A program made the position numbers and the translations under genes. From Setoptus koraiensis (taxonomy: Eukaryota > Animalia > Arthropoda): a DNA stretch of 64,000 nt. Positions within the stretch are counted from its first letter, which is position 1. The number at the start of each line of letters is the position of its first letter. Of the stretch, positions 31,463 through 42,700 are shown one piece after another. Where the stretch lies: the NCBI GenBank assembly GCA_048013815.1, contig CM106585.1, forward strand, positions 17,856,001-17,920,000, in the 5' to 3' direction. The notes under the pieces were generated by a model, which saw nothing but the letters and a program-made list of their open reading frames with translations, did no database searches and had not been told where the DNA came from.

Positions 31463-33988
31463 ATGTTGGAGGTGCCAGTAATTGTTGGCATCGCGCTGTT
31501 GCTTTGGGCTGTGTATTACTTGTGTCGTCGCGACACTGAATCACTCGAAAAAGAGGACCCTGTATCAAATCGATCCAGCACACATGAGTACGATGACAGC
31601 AAACAGGCTAACATTGAGGTGAGCGACGATTTATTATTCGAACATTGTGAGGCGAACTCGCTCGATCTTGAAACACTTGAACCGATACTCAGACAGAGGC
31701 CAAACCTCGGGACACTTAAACTAACAAATAAATATGGTCACAATGTGATCGGAAGAATCGGACCCGATGCCCATTTTATCATAACAGACCACTGTCCAAA
31801 CTTGACCAGTCTCGACGTATCTGGAGTCTCTGTCGCTCCGTCCGAGCTCATTTCGATATTGAAAAAATGTGAAAAAATAAAAAAATTAATAATTGTTGCC
31901 ACTCAGTTTGATGATCCGGAGGAGTTGTCGCTCATCAAACGCCGGCCGTTCATACAAATCCAGCGGAATGCCGATGCTAAAACATATAGGATGCTCAAAT
32001 ATATCGTGGATAACACAAAGTCTATAGAAGAAAATCAATTGTTTGCTGAATTGTCCTTCTATGATAATTGGCTAGCAGAGGAACTTAGTAGTTCGGATCA
32101 GAAGATCTCGGAAATCCAATGGACTAAGACCTCAAGAGGGGACACTGGTGGCCACATTGCAGAATTAAAATTGAACGAAATCAATAGATCGTTCTTCAGC
32201 GATATGGACAACGATAGCGAGCTAGAATTGTCTGAATACGATAAATTGGGCGAGACAATTTGGTCAGCACGAGCTTTGCTCCATAAATCCAATCGCCAGT
32301 CTAGCGGATGCATTCATGTTATAGTCAAAAATGTCCTTAAACGAGATAAAAATTGGTATTTTGTTGAGGGAATGCCTATTGGAGGCTCTTTTAAGTTGAC
32401 CAATGCCAAACTTCGATTTTGGCAGCAAAAAAAGCATAACACAATACGAAATGGACTCAAACGCATTTCTTGGGACTATCTGCTTCGTTCGGTCATTCTG
32501 GCCAAAGGAAATGAATTTTCCACGCTTAAACGATGGAACACCCTGAGATCTGTATCAGTAGGCAAAATTAAATTAGATGACGATTCTGGTCTCAATGAGA
32601 GTCAAATGAATGCAATTAAAAATGCATTGTGCAATAGGATAAGCTTGATTATGGGACCGCCAGGCACAGGCAAGACATTTACCTCAGCATCGTTGGCTTT
32701 CCAACTATTCAAAACGAGATCCTCTAGTAACTCTAAGATACTTGTTTGCGCATCAAGTAACGCAGCGGTCGATATTATAGCGGACAGAATCGAGGAATTG
32801 GGTAAACTCAAAGTTGCGAGAATTAGTTCTTACTATAACATAAAAAAACAGAAAGGAAATTGCAGGTCATTTTATTTGAATAGTCTTTTAGACGAACGAC
32901 TCACCTCAGATGATTTGTCTGGACCCTTCAGGAAATATCGTGATCTGCTATCGCGACAATCTGTTGCCGGGCGCAAAGTAAACAATTCTAAGAAAGAGTG
33001 CGAGAAAAAAATACTCGAAGAGATCCAAGTCATTTGTTGCACTTGTGCTAGCGTTCCTAGATTGATAGGCCATGGCATAAATTTATTTGATTCCATAATA
33101 GTTGACGAGTGCAGCCAGATGACTGTCCCTGACGGTCTGTTACTATTGCAGTTTCTGCCAAGAAGAATTGTGTTTGTGGGCGACGACAATCAATTGGGGC
33201 CTGTGATAAAAGATAACCTGAGAAAGAAATACAATTTCTCCAATACTGTTCTATATAACAAACTCAAAGGTGTTGGTTTCAAGCCAGTCATGTTGAACGT
33301 TCAATACCGAATGCATCCGCAAATAGCGAAATTTCCCAGCCAGCATTTCTACCGAGGAAAAATAAAAAATGGTATAGAGCCTAACGACAGACAATGGACG
33401 GGCGAAAGAAAAAAATGTCCATTTCCCTTCCATAACAAGCCCATTTATTTCCACTGTCACACTTTCCAAGAAGACCATCTACCTTCTTCAACGTCCTGTT
33501 TCAATCTAGGAGAAATCGACATTGTCGTGAAAACCATTGAAGTTTTGCTGTCGAGAGGTTTGCAGGAGAATGACATTGGAGTAATAACTCCGTATAAAGA
33601 TCAAAGCAATTATATTACCGATCGATTATATTCAAGCGATTCATCTGGTGAGATGAAGAAAACGAAGTCTTTGGATGACATAATAGAAATCGACACTGTT
33701 GACGCTTACCAAGGCAGAGACAAGGATTACATCATCGTGTCATTGGTCAGATCAGTCATTGGAGACTATCATAGTTTTATTGCCGATCCAAAAAGACTCA
33801 ATGTGACTCTTACACGAGCTAAATACGGCCTAATTATCATTGGTAATGCATTAAATTTATTGAACAATCCCTTCATGAGTGCGTTGATTGCTGACTGTTC
33901 CAGCAGAGACCTTTTATACTCAGAAATTCTATCAGAAAAATCTCGACCGGTTACTTTAGACGAGCTCAAGTCTGGCCTGAAATGTTGA
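31463..33988 (+). CDS. N-terminal membrane anchor + LRR + UPF1-like SF1B helicase with intact motifs
   Basis: First ATG at 31463 (the track start at 31355 is TTG): MLEVPVIVGIALLLWAVYYLCRRD, then the LRR-like segment and all SF1 motifs (GPPGTGKT, DECSQ, GDDNQLGP, QYRMHPQI, TVDAYQGRD, RLNVTLTRAK). Confidence 0.9.
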   Translation: MLEVPVIVGIALLLWAVYYLCRRDTESLEKEDPVSNRSSTHEYDDSKQANIEVSDDLLFEHCEANSLDLETLEPILRQRPNLGTLKLTNKYGHNVIGRIGPDAHFIITDHCPNLTSLDVSGVSVAPSELISILKKCEKIKKLIIVATQFDDPEELSLIKRRPFIQIQRNADAKTYRMLKYIVDNTKSIEENQLFAELSFYDNWLAEELSSSDQKISEIQWTKTSRGDTGGHIAELKLNEINRSFFSDMDNDSELELSEYDKLGETIWSARALLHKSNRQSSGCIHVIVKNVLKRDKNWYFVEGMPIGGSFKLTNAKLRFWQQKKHNTIRNGLKRISWDYLLRSVILAKGNEFSTLKRWNTLRSVSVGKIKLDDDSGLNESQMNAIKNALCNRISLIMGPPGTGKTFTSASLAFQLFKTRSSSNSKILVCASSNAAVDIIADRIEELGKLKVARISSYYNIKKQKGNCRSFYLNSLLDERLTSDDLSGPFRKYRDLLSRQSVAGRKVNNSKKECEKKILEEIQVICCTCASVPRLIGHGINLFDSIIVDECSQMTVPDGLLLLQFLPRRIVFVGDDNQLGPVIKDNLRKKYNFSNTVLYNKLKGVGFKPVMLNVQYRMHPQIAKFPSQHFYRGKIKNGIEPNDRQWTGERKKCPFPFHNKPIYFHCHTFQEDHLPSSTSCFNLGEIDIVVKTIEVLLSRGLQENDIGVITPYKDQSNYITDRLYSSDSSGEMKKTKSLDDIIEIDTVDAYQGRDKDYIIVSLVRSVIGDYHSFIADPKRLNVTLTRAKYGLIIIGNALNLLNNPFMSALIADCSSRDLLYSEILSEKSRPVTLDELKSGLKC

Positions 33989-34643
33989 TTAATCGTCGTC
34001 CAATCACAGTTTAAGCTCATCGTTAGGAGATTATATGACCTAGATTGTCCCATTAAATCTTGCCTGGATTTTATGAATCTCCGAAACCTTCAATCGGCAA
34101 ACAAAAGTTCAAATTATCATTTTGGTCTCCTTTGTGGTTGCGTATAAAATAATGATTGACAAGTCAATCGCTCGTAGTGAAATCAAACTATTCGAATACC
34201 CACGAACCAAGTTGATCTTCATTAATCCGGTCCTAGAAAAGTTCACCCCCCACCCCGCCTCAGTAGCGCCTAATAGTACTGGGATGTGCTGCAATTTTTC
34301 TCATAGGATTCATGTGAATCAGATAGATTCAATCAATTGTTCGTCTACACAGGTAGGCACACACCAATGTGCAGAAAATGATTATTGATTCGTTGCGGTT
34401 TGTGATCAACGCGTGATAATTGCATCGCAAAATCAAGGTCGACTCTGTCATAACTGACTGCTGATTTGTCGGTTAATCTCATTTATTACATAACTATTAT
34501 GTCCCATTAGTTCGAGTTATTTCAAAGAATCAATATGTATTTTTTTGTGGAAGAGAAAATTATCTACTTTATATGTATTATTCAAGTGACGTAGCCTCTA
34601 CTTACTATATGTACTGTCTATCTTCCAGGCATGAACGATCAGA

Positions 34644-34650
34644 TATAAAA
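34644..34650 (+). promoter_or_regulatory. Candidate TATA box for the Gln-rich gene
   Basis: TATAAAA 37 bp upstream of the first ATG (34687) and ~170 bp upstream of the signal-peptide ATG. Confidence 0.4.
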
Positions 34651-34821
34651 GACATTCAAAGCATTGATGGGACCCATTGAAAAAGAATGAGCTCGCAAAG
34701 AAATACTATCGAACAGCAACAAACTCAAGATTTCAAATCAAAACTCGAAAGAAGATTCGATTATCAATATACCACCAGTATTATTCGAAAGCAGATTAGC
34801 TATATCAGATATAAGTTGACA

Positions 34822-35346
34822 ATGACTTATCCGTCGAGAATCACGTTTGCCTCTTGTGCCATATTGCTGTTGTTTGCCAACTTCCTAGTTGAAACTGATG
34901 CTTGTCTCGAGATGTTAAGCAGACAAATAGCGAGAGCGCAGCTTCAAAGTATCATGAGAAGGTATCCTGATCTCATGAACGAAATGATGAATCAAAATCA
35001 GAATCGTCAGCAACAATACGGAAACCAGCAACAATACGGGAACCAGCAACAGCCATTCAACAACCTGAATCGACTCCCGAGCAACCAACAGCAGACGCTT
35101 CCGGGTCAACAGGGTTTCCAGAATCAGCAGACCACTCCAGGTCAGCAAGGTCTTCAGAATCAGCAAAATAGACTGCCAAATAACCAGCAGCAGACTATTC
35201 CAAACCAACAAAGTATTCCGAATCAACAGACTATTCCGAATCAACAAACTCTCCCGAATAACCAAGGACAATTGGGCCAACAAACTCAACCGGCTAATGG
35301 GCAAGCCTCAGGTAACCAACAAGTGCCCCAGCAAGTCAGTTCGTGA
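34822..35346 (+). CDS. Secreted Gln/Asn-rich low-complexity protein of unknown function
   Basis: MTYPSRITFASCAILLLFANFLVETDA|C is a typical signal peptide. It is followed by a short helical segment and NQQQYG / NQQTIP / GQQG repeats. An upstream in-frame ATG exists at 34687. Confidence 0.75.
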   Translation: MTYPSRITFASCAILLLFANFLVETDACLEMLSRQIARAQLQSIMRRYPDLMNEMMNQNQNRQQQYGNQQQYGNQQQPFNNLNRLPSNQQQTLPGQQGFQNQQTTPGQQGLQNQQNRLPNNQQQTIPNQQSIPNQQTIPNQQTLPNNQGQLGQQTQPANGQASGNQQVPQQVSS

Positions 35347-38300
35347 ACAGTGTAAACACGTTCGATGGAGCCAATTCGTTCTTGATTGGGCACTACTTGC
35401 GCTCTACAAGATATCCATTTGCCATTCCAAGAAGAATTCAGGAACATAAACTTTTCATGATGTTTCCCATCGAGACCTCTCGCACTGTTTGTCTCGTTCC
35501 AATAAATTCAACAGCAATCACAAGTGATGAAAGTGCGTTTTATTCGCCCAACGCTATATCTTTTTCATTCTGAATTCTCATGTTTTCCCTCGAAACATAC
35601 ATAGTGATACGGTCCGAAATTCTTATTCTTGAGTTAAATGCTCTCAGAGTTGTCCGAAATATTTAGCGAGAAATACGCTCCAACTTCAAACTTGGAAAAT
35701 AAACCCATCGCGCTATCATTCATAAAATCTGCGATCGCGTTGGTTGATGAACTGCCGTCTTGGTGTACTGAGGAGCTTCGAATGCATACTATTGCGCAAT
35801 AAAGGTCGAGGTGCTATTTTGTTGAAGAGAATCTGCAAGTTCTGGCATCTGATAGAGCCGTCTCAACATAACAGACGTCCAAATCATTGGACTAACACTC
35901 TAATGTGTGACCTCTGACCTAATAACAGTGACAATTAGCTAACTGGCATCGTGGTGACATCGCATAACAGAATGAAAACTCGCCAGTGTATTGCTCAATC
36001 ATGTCGAATATCGTTAGTCATGTCGAATGATCGCCGACACATTGTTACGAATGACAATACTTATTTCAGAGGTGATCTTCGACAATTAAATAGGAGAGAT
36101 GGCGTAAGCAATCATGTTCAGATGGCGAACGGTCCAGCATCGTTGAAGCTTCATCTTATTTGCATGCCACCACTGACTTGACCATGTTTCCATCATTCTG
36201 GCAAAATATGGGACTGGATGATTCAAATCCAAACTTACGACAATCAGGTTTGCTAACCAATACATCCGCGATGCCATTCTGAACAACTTCGAAGCCCAAT
36301 CTGGGCCCAGTAGTCGTGCTTAGAACTAACATAACGAGAACTCAGAGGAGACCTCCTGCAGTTCGGACCATGGATTCTTAGTAGATCCGTGAGCTTCGCC
36401 ATCTACATACAATACGAAATTATCCTGCTTCCTCTGGTGGGATCAGCCGAACAAGTTCGCTATTAACTCATGGCTCTCAATCTGCTGGCCCCCGTTGGAG
36501 GCAAAAAATCTCGTCCGGAACGAAAAAACCCCGCTCGAAACGAGCGATCGCCCCGCAACACTAGTCTTTGGGGCTTTTCGCGATCCAGCAGATTTTGAAC
36601 ACATGCATCCGAGGTGTGTGAGACGTCGGTTACACTCGGTATTATTTTTTGGTTTTTTCCGATTGATAGAATACTTCCAACAAAAGATAATGTAATGGAA
36701 GAACAAAGAAATACAAATATTGCATGACTGCAATATTTGTAAATGGCATGGTTCTCCATAGCGCGCGGCGCCCTCTACAACACCGGAAAAACCAGAGATA
36801 TCACTCAAACTAGGCGAATACAGTTTTCTGAGCTTAGGTTGACAATAATTAACAATTATAAAATTCTCATTCAAATTTCTAATTTAAAATCCATTTAGAT
36901 GCTCTGCAGTGTGTGACATAATTGTTGCGAAGGTGCAGAAGTCATCAAAAGGGCAGACATGTTTCTGTAATGATGTTGTTGAATGATAGATGAAGTTCAT
37001 CTGATGAACTCAACTGGGCCGAACGAGTTCATGCAAGCTAAAGTGTGTTGGCATAGCGGGGATGCTCGCTTCTAGCTTCATTTTAACCGATTTATCACAA
37101 GAATAGCTCCCAGTTCGGCCCCATCCATAGCTGGGGCCCATGAGACGAGTCGGTGCGGGATTCAACCGAGCTCTTTTTCTGCAGCCAACAACCGATGGCT
37201 CGGTCTGTGATGAGGTACCTGTGCGTGGCCAAACAAGGATGGGCACGCAGGTAGATTATAGAAGGCGCCATCTATGCATGTTGAGCAGCACCCCACCGGT
37301 GTGTGGGTGTAAATCAGATCAGTGGGGGGCTTTGAGAGATAAAAATCGCCCCTCGTGGGGCAAATGACAGAAGAAATAGAGTGCGTTCTGATTGTCCGTT
37401 TAAGCGCTGAGAATGATTTGGGATTGTCACATCTAAAGTGATACTTTGGATGTGTTTGCACCAGGAAGTGAGAGTGCCAAATTCAAAAATAGACACACAG
37501 AGAGCGAGAGATTTGTGCGACGATAGCCGCTCGCTTACGTAATACGCTCGCTAATACTTAAATATACGTCAAACGCTAAGTAAAAATGGTCGTAAATCGC
37601 TGATCGCGCGTCAATGGGTACAACTGGCGCCGGTCATGTCGACGGGAAGTAGTTTGATGATGGTAGCCATTACACTGTGGCAGTGCGTGCAGCGGCAGCG
37701 ACAGAGTGGGAGTAACGGTACAGCAAAAAGACTGTTTGACACGAGCAACAACTGAGCAACAACCCAACAACCCAACAACTCAACAACAACAACCGAACAA
37801 CAACCGAGCAACAACCCGACAACGGCCACCGAAAATCGAGCTGCAGTTGCAGTTGGATGTGGCTGTTATGTAACTGGCAGCATAACTGGCAATCTATTGT
37901 GAGTTTGGCCGCCAAAATTAGTCTTGTCATTGGGTCGGCAACACGGGAAACAACGGCGACGTTGTGGCACTTGAATAGTCAGCAGTTTTTAGCTGGCACG
38001 CATAGGTTCGTTGCGCGTATCTGCACTTAAAATCTCTTCTCTCTCTCTCTCTCTCTCTTTCTCTCGTTATACAACCAAAACACTGTCTATAGAGGCGCCG
38101 TGTGGATGGTAGCGTGTGTCGTGCATTGTGCTAACGGTCCCACAAACAACATTTCTGCGCGCCACTTCTAATGCCGATATAATTGGAGCAGGCACACGAG
38201 CAGTTCGGGATTATGTAAAAGAGCGATAGATGAATTTTGGCCCCTAAACTCCAGCCAGTTATCTAATTCTGCCACCAGGAGCAGTGCTACTAATAGCTGG

Positions 38301-39690
38301 CGCAGTGAATGAAGTTGCCACTATTGCAGCGCCCATCCGCCGGCCAACAATCATTTGCACGTGCCGCGGGCACGTGCTTCCCTGCAGCTCGTTGCAACAA
38401 CGTGCTGCTCGTCGTCGTCGCTGTCGTCGGCGTAGTTGTCGCTGTTTTTGTTGGTGTTGGAGTTGTTGTTGGCGTTGTTGTTGTTGCTGCTGCTGCTGTT
38501 GTTGTCGCTGTTGTCGAGGAGAGCGAGGTCGCCATCGATGCGAGGCCGCCTAACGACGACGCCGAATTATGTAACTGCCGGCTGGCGAAACAGCCAGAGA
38601 TTACGCTGGTGCAAAAGGAGAGTCGTCATTTTTTTCATCATCATTCTCGACCCGTGCTCATTTCGTGTTTTCTTCGTCGCCCGTGAGGCCTATAAAGCGC
38701 GCTAATCAATTTTGACACGGCCCGCTGGATTTGCAATATTTGTCTGAGTGAGTGTGTGTGTTGGTTTATCACTTAACAATTTGCCAGACAAATACTACGA
38801 AATAAACGAAGCCAAGTGCTGCAAATGTCAGATCCTCCATAGGGTCGGCATGGCAGCGTAGACGGCGCGCCGAGCAGCATATTTTAGCAATGGCTGCCTC
38901 GCAAGATACTGCTGGCCACTAATTAGTGTTCGGCTGTTGTGCTGCAAACAAGCTTCTGGCCACTTTTATCACATACATATCTATACATATATAAGAGCCA
39001 ACACACACTGATCAAATGGGACACTTGTCAGATTGACGATGGAGCCCAATCCAGTTGAACGCTCATCCGGGCCGAAGATGCAATTTGAGCAAATCGAGCA
39101 AATCGAGGTACTGCAAACAGAGCACATTCGTTGACCAGCAGCAAATCAGCTCGCTATGCGCCAGCACCAAATATCTAATATATATTTATAATATACACAC
39201 ATATATAGATATATTATAAATATATATTGGATATTTTGTGTAATCCGTTTAGTTGGACATGGCAACACTCTGAGAGCCAATCGCATACATATGCAAATTT
39301 GAAGTATTCTCTTGGTGGCGACACACTTCACTTCCGCCGCTCGGTCCATTGTTTTAGCGGGCCGTCGCATCGTAAGCAGTTGCTGTAAACAACATTTGCG
39401 AGTCGCCTCACTAACCCAAAACCGGCCCGTCTCTTTTCAAAACATCACCGTGCAAACAATCACCGAGCCCAAAATCAAGCTCGCCAGATGTCGCCAAACG
39501 AGCTATCCACTGGCAGCGGCCACAGGCTAGACTGATGGGCCGCTGGCACGCATACTAACATGCTGTCAGAAGTAACGGAATTGTCTGACAAGTTGGTTAT
39601 GGCACAATTGCTCTGACAGCGCCACACTAGCACCGCCAACCTGTCCATATGGAGACAGGCTTGCCAATGACTTGTTGTTGTTATTATCGC

Positions 39691-39784
<94 letters not shown>

Positions 39785-39785
39785 G
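39691..39785. repeat. (GTT)n microsatellite
   Basis: About 31 perfect GTT units. Confidence 0.97.
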
Positions 39786-42700
39786 CGCAGACAAGATAGG
39801 ACGGCGAAAAGAGTGGCCGTGGCGGGCAAACATCGCGCTTGTTTGTGTCTGTCGGCTCGATGCAGCCATGCGAGCGCGCCGACCATCAAGAATTCTGTCT
39901 AGCTTGGCCTTGCCAGTTATTCGATTATAACGAGAAAATATAAGCTCGTTACGGTCGACAACAATGGCCATTCTGCCCTTCATTGTTGACTCTTGTTTGG
40001 GGCCAGCAGAGCGCGGGGCCCCGGCGCGAGGCTCCAATGAAAAGAGTTCGCGCACAAAGTCATTTACGAGGGGCCAGACACACAAATTGTGTGTGTGTGT
40101 GTGCGTGTTTTGGTTTGAGCTGAACGACGACGACGAATAGAGTCCGTCCGGGACGGGCCCCGAAAATGCAAATAAATATCCCCTGTGGTGGACATTCATA
40201 CAGCGCGTATCATTCATTCATATATTCATTTATTTATTTTCTCACATCCGTCTACGTGTGTATTATGCAACCAATGTGCGGCTTTGCTGTGTATCACTGT
40301 GCGGCTATCATCGGGGGGCTGGCTCGAATCGGGGGCCCCAAATTGGAATGGTTGCCGCAGATGATCACAGATGATTATTTCGAGAGAAGATTTATCTATT
40401 TTTTACACAAATTCTCGCTGCGAAATAAGTCATCATAAGTGATTTTGTTTAGGGGGGCCCCGCTAAAAAGCGATTCAAACTTGTGAGAACACATTGTGCC
40501 AGTGGCACTGGCATCGCGAGCGGGCGATGATTACTGCCGCCGTCGCCGCCGCTGCTGATGCGTTCGGCACGGGGGAGCCCGGTTGGCCGGTTGTTGTGGC
40601 TGGCGCGCAGGCAAGAAATGAGATAATAAGTAACATGCCACAAAAAACGACAAAGAGAGAAAGATACACAGCGCACAGGGAATAATGAGAAGGGGCTCCT
40701 TGAAACGGAGCCACGTGGCCGTGTTTGCTCTTCTCTTCGCCCGTGTGTGTGTGTGTATTTATATATTTTGCTAGACCGACGGCGCGGATATTTGCTCTGC
40801 TGCGGCGCCTCACTTATAGGGCCTCCGGGCGGCGGGCTCGGCGCGGACCGCCGGCGTGAAGCCGCACATGCCGTGGGCCCGCCGGCAGCCCCATATCCGA
40901 TTTGGCCGATTGCTTTGGCGGATGGCCATTTCCGAGTGGCGCTAGCGGTCCGAGTGGGAGCGGTCCAAGTTAGCGCGGACCAAGTTAGCGCGGTCCAAGT
41001 GCGGGGCCCGAGCGGCAGCCGCAGCGACTAGACGGCGCGCCTAGAACAACAAAACAAGCAACAAAACCGCCAGCAACTGGGGCCCGTCATCTCAATCATC
41101 TGATATCATCACGGTTGACTCGGCTCACAAGGGCTCTGTGTGTGTGTGTTTTTTGTTATTTGCGGCCCCAGTGGCGCAATCGCCGGCAATGGTTGCCCAG
41201 TGGATTGAACGCCGGCACGAGTAATAGTCACGCTCGTCAGCAGTGTGTGTGTGCCCCAGTGTGCGCCAGTATATGCAAATGACAGCGTGCTGCGTTGTTT
41301 GTCGGCCGTCATGTCAAAATGGCCGTCATTGTCCTCGACGCGCTCCATTATACACGCCGGGCTCCGTTGCAAGTTGGGGCCCCACACAAACCAGCGGTAC
41401 GCGCGGGCCCCAGCACAAACCAGTGAACAGAAAATCTGCCGCTCGGCAACCCGCTGCAAGCGCCCGTGAATGAGCGCCGGAGCCGCTTGATGGGGCCCGC
41501 CTGCGCGTGCCGATATATCGCTGGAATATCGCTGGAATATTGCTGGTGTATCGCCGGAATATTGCTGGTGTATTGCTGATATATTGCTGATATATCAGCG
41601 CTGCTGCATGTCGCTGTATCGCTCCGGTGCTGTGTCGCTATATTTGCGAGCTGGTGGCCCGTTAAGTTTGGCAATAAATATCGTCGGTGCGTCGTCGCGC
41701 TTGTCGCCACACACTCGCCACTGTGGGGCGCCATAACTAGCTAAAACTGTGCAACTATGGAAATAGTTATTATATCCATCTCAAGTGATGACATCAATTA
41801 TATTCGCCCGACTTAACCGATAATCACTGCCGTCGCTGCGACAACAACAACAACGGCCACTGCACAACACTGAGCGCCCCATTATTTGTTGTCTGGCCAT
41901 ATAATTAAATTATTTCCAGCGCTCTAGTCGGCGTAGCCGCCGTCGGGGCTGTCGGTGCCGTAGCCGGTGTCGGTGGTGCGGCTGGCCCGGCCCAATCCGT
42001 CGGCTTGGATTACGTAACTTGTGACTGCGACCCGTCGGGCCGAAACAATGCCAGCCACTGTTTATTCAATTACTCATCCTCTCGACGGGCTGTGCTCGAG
42101 AGCCGCGCCGCTGCTGACTTGTTGATGCGCCGGCCCGTCTCTTACGACGCGCATTTGGCATGTGTTGCGGGCGTCGGGCCGGTGCGCCGCTGACCATCCC
42201 GTATCGAGTATATTCGTGCCATATTATGTAACATTGTCTCACAGCGCACAAAACGTTATGCGTGTGTTATGAGTGGTCGCTTACCATTTGAGGGTAGGGG
42301 GGCCATTTGAGCCCGGCGATAATATCAAACAAGAGAGTTTCAGGAATGGTAATTTGGGCTCACGTCGGCCGCTCCAACTGGCAATGGAGTTGGCGCAGTT
42401 CGAGAGGTCGAGCCGTTTTAAAAGTGCCCCCGTCGGAGTTGCAATAGTTGCATTTTAATTAGTTCATTACGGTGCGTCCGTTACGTGGCCACCAATTGCG
42501 ATGAGAGCGAGCGAGAGAGAGAGGGAAAATTCATTATTTGCGTTTAACCAAAGCAAACAATGGCTCTGTTTCATTGCCATGACGTGTACTTTAATGTTGC
42601 GCAATAACGACCACCACTCACCGACGCGGCTAATAAAGGCGAGTTTCGCCTCTGGCCTAATTGACACTCGCAACAACAACAACAGCAACAGCAACGACAA

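Noticed and set aside
36970-37250. Stop-riddled + strand peptide vaguely like a BTB domain (ERVHAS*SVLA*R...MRYLCVAK).
   Set aside because: Too short and degenerate to support without a profile search.
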